The notes below the pieces were generated by a model. That model saw only the letters and a list, made by a program, of their open reading frames with translations. It was not told the DNA's origin and made no database searches. DNA of 64,000 nucleotides from Minisyncoccota bacterium (GTDB taxonomy: Bacteria; Patescibacteriota; Minisyncoccia; Moranbacterales; UBA1568), in assembly GCA_051306005.1 (NCBI GenBank), contig JBPPMJ010000003.1:97764-161763 (forward strand). Direction: 5' to 3'. Shown one piece after another: positions 57,438-64,000 of this stretch (within the stretch, counting starts at the first letter, position 1; every line of letters begins with the position of its first letter). The translations under genes were made by a program, and so were the position numbers.

Positions 57438-57511
57438 GGGCGATTAGCTCAGTTGGTTAGAGCGCGACACTGATAATGTCGAGGTCTCAAGTTCGAATCT
57501 TGAATCGCCCA
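57438..57511 (+). tRNA. tRNA-Ile (anticodon GAT)
   Basis: GGGCGATTAGCTCAGTTGGTTAGAGCGCGACACTGATAATGTCG...TTCGAATCTTGAATCGCCCA. Anticodon loop CTGATAA. Confidence 0.8.
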
Positions 57512-57542
57512 CCGAAATGCGGTATGATAGAAGAAAGTATGA

Positions 57543-57616
57543 AGCGGGGTAGAGCAGTCTGGCAGCTCGTCTGGCTCATAACCAGAAGGTCGGTGGTTCG
57601 AATCCACCCCCCGCAA
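57543..57616 (+). tRNA. tRNA-Met (anticodon CAT), initiator-like
   Basis: AGCGGGGTAGAGCAGTCTGGCAGCTCGTCTGGCTCATAACCAGAAGGTCGGTGGTTCGAATCCACCCCCCGCAA. 1:72 A-A mismatch. Closely resembles E. coli tRNA-fMet except the anticodon stem has 2 rather than 3 G-C pairs. Confidence 0.7.
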
Positions 57617-57705
57617 CAAACGGAATATGAGTGAGGTATAGTTGTGGAGAATCAATAAACTGTTTTGTCCGGGTGCCTGTGCGCTTTTTTGTTTTGACAA
57701 TGTAT

Positions 57706-57782
57706 GCCAGGGTAGCTCAGTTGGTTAGAGCACGGGACTCATAAGCCCGGGGTCGTGAGTTCGAATCTCACCCCTGGTACCA
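57706..57782 (+). tRNA. tRNA with CAT anticodon (elongator Met or lysidine-modified Ile2), CCA encoded
   Basis: GCCAGGGTAGCTCAGTTGGTTAGAGCACGGGACTCATAAGCCCGGGGTCGTGAGTTCGAATCTCACCCCTGGTACCA. Anticodon loop CTCATAA. Confidence 0.7.
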
Positions 57783-57819
57783 AGACTGAATAATAAGATA
57801 GAAAATGAAGTGACATTAC

Positions 57820-57896
57820 GGGGGCGTAGCTCAGCTGGTTAGAGCGACTGCCTGTCACGCAGTAGGTCGCCGGTTCGAGTCCGGTCGCTCCCGCCA
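57820..57896 (+). tRNA. tRNA-Asp (anticodon GTC), CCA encoded
   Basis: GGGGGCGTAGCTCAGCTGGTTAGAGCGACTGCCTGTCACGCAGTAGGTCGCCGGTTCGAGTCCGGTCGCTCCCGCCA. Confidence 0.8.
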
Positions 57897-57992
57897 ATTT
57901 TTTTGATCACTTGCTCTGTTGGTTTGATGTGGCGTGTCATAGGGTTTTTCTTTTGGTTATGAGGCACTTTTTAAAGCATATAGCACACTCTT

Positions 57993-58922
57993 ATGGCAGA
58001 GGCTTTGGTCATCAAAAATGTTGGTAAAACCTATGCCACAGGCGTCCATGCATTGCAAGACGTGAGTCTTACTGTACAGGCAGGGGATTTTTTTGCACTT
58101 CTTGGACCAAATGGAGCAGGGAAAAGTACGCTCATCAATATCGTGTGTGGATTGGTTAATAAGTCAAATGGGACAGTTCATATTGAGGGATTGTCTCTTG
58201 ATGATGATGCGCAAAAAGCCAAAATGCATGTCGGCGTTGTCCCACAAGAATTTAATTTTAGTATTTTTGACACGGTTATTGACATCATTGTTAATCAGGC
58301 TGGTTATTATGGTATCAGTCGGCATCATGCGCTTCCAAAGGCTGAAGCATTGTTGAAAAAGCTTAGTTTGTATGACAAGCGTCATGCTCAGGCTATTACT
58401 CTTTCTGGTGGCATGAAAAGGCGTCTGATGATTGCTCGTGCATTGGTTCATGAACCGACACTACTCATTCTTGATGAGCCGACTGCTGGGGTAGATATTG
58501 AGATTCGTCGTGAAATGTGGAAATTTTTGCGTGCTCTTAATAAATCGGGCACAACGATTATCCTAACCACGCATTATTTGGAAGAAGCTGAACAGTTGTG
58601 TAATCGTGTTGCTATTATGAATGCGGGTTACTTGGTGACGACAGGGTTTGTGCAAGAATTGTTGGGTACTATGGCGATGACGACTTTGGTATTTGACCTT
58701 GAAACACCGCTACCTGAAGCGACAGAAAAACTACTCGAAGATTTTGGAGTGCGCAAAGTGAATCAAGAAACTATCGAAATGACAGTTCATAAAGGGGAGT
58801 CCTTGACTGAAGCAATCATAGCTTTGAGTCGTCTTGATGTCCGTGTCCGAAGTGTGCGTAATAAGACCAATCGTCTGGAAGAATTCTTTCTTCAACAAAT
58901 TAATGATCGACATAACATATGA
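57993..58922 (+). CDS. ABC transporter ATP-binding protein
   Basis: Walker A GPNGAGKST, ABC signature LSGGMKRRL, Walker B LLILDEPT. Confidence 0.9.
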   Translation: MAEALVIKNVGKTYATGVHALQDVSLTVQAGDFFALLGPNGAGKSTLINIVCGLVNKSNGTVHIEGLSLDDDAQKAKMHVGVVPQEFNFSIFDTVIDIIVNQAGYYGISRHHALPKAEALLKKLSLYDKRHAQAITLSGGMKRRLMIARALVHEPTLLILDEPTAGVDIEIRREMWKFLRALNKSGTTIILTTHYLEEAEQLCNRVAIMNAGYLVTTGFVQELLGTMAMTTLVFDLETPLPEATEKLLEDFGVRKVNQETIEMTVHKGESLTEAIIALSRLDVRVRSVRNKTNRLEEFFLQQINDRHNI

Positions 58923-59692
58923 ATTGGCAACAAATGAGAGCCGCCTATATGACTATCGTGCGAAAAGAGTTTTTTCGGTTGTTTCGCGTGTGGGTGCAAA
59001 CACTTTTACCGCCAGTTATCACTACTTCTCTCTATTTTCTCGTATTTGGTAAATTTATCGGGGCTCAAGTCGCGCCCATTCATGGAGTTGATTACATGAC
59101 GTTTATTGTTCCGGGTATCATTATGATGGCGGTGATTACTCAGTCTTTCATGCATTCTGCATTTGGTTATTATTCTGCTAAGTTTCAGAAGTATCTGGAG
59201 GAGATTTTGGTATCGCCGACTCCATATTGGGTTATGATTCTCGGGTATGTGACCGGAGGTGTTTTGCGCGGATTGGTCACTGGCGCCCTATTGCTTGGTG
59301 TCGCATTCTTTTTTACACCGTTGCATATTGTGAGTCCGCTTCATTTGATTTTGTTTGCCTTGTTATCCGCGATCACTTTTTCACTTGCTGGACTCATCAA
59401 TGCGGTTTTTGCCAAAGATTTTGATAGTATTTCTATTTTTCCAACGTTCGTTTTGACTCCACTGACGTATCTTGCGGGCACTTTTTATTCATTATCTATG
59501 TTGCCGAAAATCTGGAGCGATATATCACGCTGGAATCCGCTTTTGTATATGGTTAATGGATTTCGCTTCGGCTTAATTGGTGTGACGGACGTGAGTCTCT
59601 GGAGCGCATACGTTATTCTGAGTCTTTTTATCGTTGGATTGACAGTGTTGTTGTGGTACTTGTTTGCCAGTGGACGAGGTGTGCGGATGTAA
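58919..59692 (+). CDS. ABC-2 family transporter permease
   Basis: Six TM helices. Overlaps the ATPase gene by 4 nt (ATGA). Typical ABC-2 exporter partner. Confidence 0.75.
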   Translation: MNWQQMRAAYMTIVRKEFFRLFRVWVQTLLPPVITTSLYFLVFGKFIGAQVAPIHGVDYMTFIVPGIIMMAVITQSFMHSAFGYYSAKFQKYLEEILVSPTPYWVMILGYVTGGVLRGLVTGALLLGVAFFFTPLHIVSPLHLILFALLSAITFSLAGLINAVFAKDFDSISIFPTFVLTPLTYLAGTFYSLSMLPKIWSDISRWNPLLYMVNGFRFGLIGVTDVSLWSAYVILSLFIVGLTVLLWYLFASGRGVRM

Positions 59693-59878
59693 AATTATTT
59701 GAAAGAGTATTATATCAACCATTTTTTTGCTTGCCATTTAATCGATTCAGTGCTATAATAGAAAAGCAGTAAGTTTTTCTCCCTGAAGTATATTCAGACA
59801 CAAAACTTGGGTTGCCAATCCAGTTTCTTCGGTCAAATAGAATCAGTCGGTGAAGGTCGTCTTACGCAGTAATTTCAA

Positions 59879-60208
59879 GTGAAATTTGATATGGCAACCA
59901 AACTTTATGTTGGAGGTGTTTCCTACGGTTCTACCGAGGATAGTTTGCGCGATGCATTCGCTCAGGCAGGTAGTGTTGTTTCCACCAAAATCATCATGGA
60001 CAAAATGACGGGTCGTTCACGTGGTTTTGCGTTTGTCGAGATGGGTTCGGATGACGAAGCTCAAAAGGCTATTACCCTTTGGAATGGTAAAGAACTTGAT
60101 GGGCGTACGTTGACGGTAAACGAAGCTCGTCCGATGGAAGAGCGTGCTCCTCGCAGTGGGGGTGGCCGTGATTTTAACGGTGGTCACCAAAACGAAAGCC
60201 GTTGGTAA
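59879..60208 (+). CDS. RRM-domain glycine-rich RNA-binding protein
   Basis: RNP-2 KLYVGGVSY and RNP-1 RGFAFVEM motifs, with a Gly/Arg-rich C-terminus. Confidence 0.85.
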   Translation: MKFDMATKLYVGGVSYGSTEDSLRDAFAQAGSVVSTKIIMDKMTGRSRGFAFVEMGSDDEAQKAITLWNGKELDGRTLTVNEARPMEERAPRSGGGRDFNGGHQNESRW

Positions 60209-60254
60209 CACTCGAAGATCATTCATCAGTAATGTGATGAATGATGATGAGACA

Positions 60255-60290
60255 AAAAAAAGAATTCCGATTATCGGAATTCTTTTTTGA
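60255..60290. terminator. Bidirectional rho-independent terminator
   Basis: AAAAAAAGAATTCCGATTATCGGAATTCTTTTTT: a perfect hairpin flanked by an A run and a T run, between convergent genes. Confidence 0.55.
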
Positions 60291-60309
60291 TTTTTCTGTG
60301 TCTGATGAT

Positions 60310-61074
60310 TTACGGTTGGACTGGGGCACTCTCTGTTTCATTCTGCATAGAAACTGGAGGCATGGTATCAGAGTTTCCGTACTCAACATAATAACGAATA
60401 TCGGCATTTTGTTTTTGATGAGCCAACCACTTATCCGCTTCAGTATTGAATTTTTGGCGTTTCAATTGTTCCCGCATTTGATTTCTCATTTCTTCAGTAT
60501 CCGAGTCAGCAGGAATTAAACCGCTGTTTTTGGCGAGATATTGATCTAGCTCCTCATCGCTTACATTTACTGCATCGCCAAGGATTTTTTCGAGTTTTTT
60601 CTGTAGAAACATTTGTTCTTCCAGTTGTTCTTGAGTGATGCCTTGTTGTGCCAGCGCCATTTCCAGAGTAGCACCTTGACTCGAAATTTCAGTTTCCAGT
60701 TTCTTGATTTCTGTGTCTACGTCTGTTTGACTGACAACGATCCCTTGTTTGAGTGTAGCAGTATTAATCAGTTTTTTGGTAATCAGGATGTCTAGCGCTT
60801 GTGATCCAGAGGTTTTTTCCAATTCTCGAATGACACTGAGACGGCTGATAGGAGAACCATCAATACTCACGGCGACAAAGAGACCCCGATACCAGAAGAT
60901 GAGCGCGAGGACTGCCAAAACGATAACACCTATGAATATTTTTTTCTGGTGTTTCTTACAATAAATACCGCATTTTTTGGGACAATATTTTTTGGAGATC
61001 ATCTGAAATGTTCTTTTTGGTGTTTCTGACTTTGTTGTTGTTTCAGACGTATCCTGTGGGTTCATTTTTTCCAT
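60310..61074 (-). CDS. SurA N-terminal domain-like chaperone, paralog of 43929-44621
   Basis: ...VAVSIDGSPISRLSVIRELEKTSGSQALDILITKKLI... parallels VAMVDGEPISRLSVIERLEKRSGKTVLDSIITEKLI. The N-terminal Cys cluster (CPKKCGIYC) and TM anchor are unique to this copy. Confidence 0.5.
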   Translation of the reverse strand: MEKMNPQDTSETTTKSETPKRTFQMISKKYCPKKCGIYCKKHQKKIFIGVIVLAVLALIFWYRGLFVAVSIDGSPISRLSVIRELEKTSGSQALDILITKKLINTATLKQGIVVSQTDVDTEIKKLETEISSQGATLEMALAQQGITQEQLEEQMFLQKKLEKILGDAVNVSDEELDQYLAKNSGLIPADSDTEEMRNQMREQLKRQKFNTEADKWLAHQKQNADIRYYVEYGNSDTMPPVSMQNETESAPVQP

Positions 61075-61092
61075 AAAAATGTTGATTAATAG

Positions 61093-61512
61093 ATGATATT
61101 TTTTGACCTGTATTGTTGTGGCGAACTCTACATTAGTCTAGAACTTGTAACTACCGAGTATTATAATGCTTTTTCGAGGTTATGTCTAGAATGGGAGTTT
61201 GAGGAGATTGGGTTACCATTTTTGGCGAATACAACTTTTGGGCGAAAGAGCAATAATCGGTTCGAACTTGCCATTGCCTTTCTAAAAGAAGCCGACCAAT
61301 CCGAAAAATACGCTCAACAAGAAAATCCCGAAAGGATTCGGGATTTTCTCAAAAAGATTGGTTCGAACTTCCGCATTGCCGGCCGCACTTTGTTTTTGGA
61401 TTTCAAAAATGCCTTCAAAATTGCGAAAAAACACCATGCCGAGGTGCTTTGCGCCGAGGCTGTTTCTTACGATTTCACAAAAAGTGAAAATTGGCGGGCG
61501 TCATCGGTCTAG
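61093..61512 (+). CDS. Hypothetical protein (contains an internal DNA direct repeat)
   Basis: 139 aa ORF. Contains a 20 nt direct repeat GGTTCGAACTT..ATTGCC at ~61253 and ~61361, and a perfect palindrome GAAAATCCCGAAAGGATTCGGGATTTTC. Coding status uncertain. Confidence 0.3.
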   Translation: MIFFDLYCCGELYISLELVTTEYYNAFSRLCLEWEFEEIGLPFLANTTFGRKSNNRFELAIAFLKEADQSEKYAQQENPERIRDFLKKIGSNFRIAGRTLFLDFKNAFKIAKKHHAEVLCAEAVSYDFTKSENWRASSV

Positions 61513-61697
61513 AACTTTGAGAAATCAAGCCGTTGAGGGATTTCTTAGGGGTCTTGGCCGACGAGCGGATTGAGGAGGTCGGGTCGCGATTTGAGGGGTA
61601 AAACGAGACAAATGAGACAACAGGACAGATTCTGTCTCATTCTACTATTTGAGACAGCGACGTGTCACATGAAATACTAGTACCCTACAATGACTCA

Positions 61698-63254
61698 TCA
61701 CTGCCAAGGAGGCACTCCTTTTATCTGCGATTCGTTCAATTTCCAGAGCCCATTTTCACGGACAAGCCGCCATTGCCCAGTAAATTCCTTCGTTATTAAA
61801 GTATACAGTTCATCACCGAAATCAGTGACGACAAAGGAGGCAGAAACTACGTTTGAATCAGCGGTGACTTCTACTTTTCTCAAAGTAATGAAGTAGGTTT
61901 GTTCAAATCCCATCTTCCAATTCTCAAAGGGAATTTTCTCCTTGCGTCCTACAGAATAGTACTCATATGCATCCTCCAGGAGACCCACCCCCAGCGTATC
62001 ATAATACTTGGCCACTACTTCAGCCTGGTCACTGGGATAATTATTTTCAGTTTCCTCATTTGAGGCCAGTTTTCTTTGTTCAAGCATCTCCGCAATACGT
62101 GTTTCGATTTGCTCAGCTCGTATTGCAAATCCCATATTCTCCGCATTTCGCATGGACAAGGTGTTAATACCCACAACATTCCCACATGAATCCAGTAGTG
62201 GCCCTCCTGAATTCCCCGGATTGAGAGCGGCATCAATCTGAAAATATTGATTATTGTTGTAGGCGTCTATTGTGAGCGCAGAAATAATACCCTTGGTTAT
62301 AGAAACCATTATTCCATCACCAGGAAACCCCATGGCATATACTTCGTCCAGTCGGCCTATCGGAGCCTTTCTCCAGTTAAGCGGGATCGACTGTAAACCA
62401 TTTGCCTCCAGAAGAGCCAGGTCTCGGACAGTATCCGTTGCGATCACATTGGCATCCGCTGTTACACCGTATCTATCTTTGACTTTCAAATCTTTATTAA
62501 AACTCACGACATGATTATTTGTCAGAAAAAGATTAGGGGCGATCATAAACCCGCTCCCACTATTTTCACTGCCTTCTACAAAAACAACGCCTTCAATTGA
62601 CTTGATGACACTCTCATTAGAGCAAAAAAATACTGATTCAATTTTTACCTGATGATAGAGAAACACTACAATTGCCACCAAAAGAATGACAGAAACGACG
62701 GAAACCTTTTGAAAATCAAGTCGCTGATCTTTCTTGCGAAATAGCTTTGTTATGTATCCAAAAAGAGTACCGATAGAAGAACCAATGTTTCCACTCTCAT
62801 TGCCTAAAAAATCTTTCCCTGTAAACTCTATATAGAAAAACTTGGTCGCTACCGAAAGTACCCATCCGCTGGCAATCATCATGAGGCCTTGCATGACAAG
62901 ACTGAAACTGCTTTCTGCTCCATAAAACCACAAGGAAAAAAGGAGGCCAGTGGCAGAATAATATACCCAATTATAATAAAAATCAGTCAATATTTTTTCT
63001 TTTTTAACCCAACGGATGATCAAATGGGATACAAAGACAGTAGGAATGGTTGGAATCAGAAAGAGAAAACACCAATCCCATGGATCCTCTATTATTTCGT
63101 CACCAGACAATTTAACCGAGGCGCATAGCAGGACAAGAATAAAAATCCAAAAATAGAAGATATAGCGAAGAGCTTTTAAGTCTTCTTTGTTTTGTTTCTT
63201 AAATTCTTCTGAGTGTATATCCTCAATCCCAGATTCTTCAAGTTCTTTATTCAT
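61698..63254 (-). CDS. HtrA/DegP-like trypsin-fold serine protease with an N-terminal polytopic membrane domain
   Basis: About 200 aa with 5-6 TM helices. Then an S1C protease core (His...Asp...GNSGGPLLDSCGNVVGINT with the catalytic Ser). A C-terminal ~120 aa domain that does not look like a PDZ. Confidence 0.7.
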   Translation of the reverse strand: MNKELEESGIEDIHSEEFKKQNKEDLKALRYIFYFWIFILVLLCASVKLSGDEIIEDPWDWCFLFLIPTIPTVFVSHLIIRWVKKEKILTDFYYNWVYYSATGLLFSLWFYGAESSFSLVMQGLMMIASGWVLSVATKFFYIEFTGKDFLGNESGNIGSSIGTLFGYITKLFRKKDQRLDFQKVSVVSVILLVAIVVFLYHQVKIESVFFCSNESVIKSIEGVVFVEGSENSGSGFMIAPNLFLTNNHVVSFNKDLKVKDRYGVTADANVIATDTVRDLALLEANGLQSIPLNWRKAPIGRLDEVYAMGFPGDGIMVSITKGIISALTIDAYNNNQYFQIDAALNPGNSGGPLLDSCGNVVGINTLSMRNAENMGFAIRAEQIETRIAEMLEQRKLASNEETENNYPSDQAEVVAKYYDTLGVGLLEDAYEYYSVGRKEKIPFENWKMGFEQTYFITLRKVEVTADSNVVSASFVVTDFGDELYTLITKEFTGQWRLVRENGLWKLNESQIKGVPPWQ

Positions 63255-63396
63255 ATCGTCATTTTCTCATTAGAAAAAAATACTAGAATAGTAGCCGATA
63301 AAGATAACTAGCAAGATAATCCCTAATCAAATCGCTAATTTTTTCTTAAGATGATCCATCGCTCAAAAAGTTTTTCTACTTGTAATTCCATTATCA

Positions 63397-63729
63397 TCAT
63401 TGTGATGATAAAAAATAGAAGTAAAGGGTTAGTACCTTCATGTTATCTTCATTTTTCGATACAGCTGCAACATTTTTTGCAAACCTCAAAAATATGGAGT
63501 TAGCATCCTCTTGCGGAGGCGAACCTTCTGTGAGATAAACCTGGAAAGAACTATATTCCGCCTGTCTTTCATTGAACCGGTCTTCGATAAGAGACTTGAT
63601 TTCATTCTCCTGAAAACCAATTTCACCTATAAGATGTGCTGTATCATTTATGGTTGATTTAAATATTCGATCCATGAATTTAGGTCTTTCCTCATGAACA
63701 AGACACTGCAAAGCATTACGGTCAACCAT
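63397..63729 (-). CDS. Hypothetical protein
   Basis: 110 aa ORF. Its ATG overlaps the stop region of the upstream partial ORF. Confidence 0.3.
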   Translation of the reverse strand: MVDRNALQCLVHEERPKFMDRIFKSTINDTAHLIGEIGFQENEIKSLIEDRFNERQAEYSSFQVYLTEGSPPQEDANSIFLRFAKNVAAVSKNEDNMKVLTLYFYFLSSQ

Positions 63730-64000
63730 TGATCGATGAATCGTATACTTTGTCTTTACCCTCCAGAAGTGATGTCGCTACCCCTCCCGCCAGGAGGTTA
63801 ATATATTTCGGAAGCATTAATAACACATGCTCTGCGTCTGTAGCATCTGCCCAAATAATTAGCTTTTCGTCAATACCAACACCTCCAGACGAAGCTGAAA
63901 CATGATGGGGTATAGGATCCTCTGCTGGAACATCTACTGGTTCAGCAGGATCGTCACCCCACTCCTTCTTAGTTTCCAGACCGAACAAATTTTCGAAAAA
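63722..64000 (-). CDS. Hypothetical protein, partial (N-terminus beyond the window end)
   Basis: Open frame runs to the window edge. Acidic, Pro-rich N-terminal region. Confidence 0.3.
   Translation of the reverse strand, partial: FFENLFGLETKKEWGDDPAEPVDVPAEDPIPHHVSASSGGVGIDEKLIIWADATDAEHVLLMLPKYINLLAGGVATSLLEGKDKVYDSSING

Noticed and set aside
57282-57511. Adjacent tRNA-Ala(TGC) and tRNA-Ile(GAT) as evidence of an rRNA operon
   Set aside because: Flanking sequence (57000-57281 and 57900-57990) shows no 16S or 23S-like conserved stretches. Here they are part of a standalone tRNA cluster.
1-64000. CRISPR array or cas genes
   Set aside because: No regularly spaced short direct repeats with unique spacers were seen. 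The repeats present are long, mosaic and irregular. No Cas-like proteins are among the ORFs.

Overview
This 64 kb window is from a low-to-moderate GC bacterial chromosome; I cannot assign a taxon. All composition statements below are by-eye impressions, not computed. The backbone carries housekeeping genes: valS, tsaD, recG, a class IV aminotransferase, a GH1 beta-glucosidase, Bcp peroxiredoxin, an SDR reductase, a Pif1/RecD-like helicase, an ABC transporter, an RRM protein and an HtrA-like protease. There are 9 tRNA genes: Glu, two Arg, Ser, and a cluster of Ala, Ile, two CAT-anticodon tRNAs and Asp. Directly downstream of tRNA-Ser(TGA) at ~19.3 kb is a markedly AT-richer segment (~19.3-36.3 kb) that looks horizontally acquired. 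It holds a minus-strand operon ParB-fused DNA methyltransferase -> DNA methyltransferase -> terminase small subunit -> terminase large subunit -> large serine recombinase. It also holds an intact Type III restriction-modification system (HTH, mod, res). Co-transcribed just downstream of res are three uncharacterised genes: an 819 aa polytopic membrane protein, a 363 aa protein and a 366 aa multi-zinc-ribbon protein. This cassette is my best candidate for a previously undescribed defence-associated module. Next comes a copper/thiol-redox cluster (~36.3-48.8 kb): csoR with a recognisable CsoR operator inside a consensus sigma70 promoter, DUF305, CopA, an HMA-fused membrane protein, cupredoxin/CuA-motif proteins, two DsbA-like and one DsbB-like protein, a SurA_N-like protein, a Zn/Cd-type P1B ATPase and an M23 peptidase. 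A 14 bp direct repeat at 19.29 kb and 48.9 kb may mark the limits of a ~29.6 kb island. A mosaic family of intergenic repeats occurs at four or more loci. Two copies of its tail module, in inverted orientation, bracket an isochorismatase gene plus a split, domain-permuted PEP-utilising-enzyme gene pair. Other notable items are tandem paralogous small genes that each carry their own terminator, SurA_N paralogs, and a thrombospondin-type-3-like acidic secreted protein.
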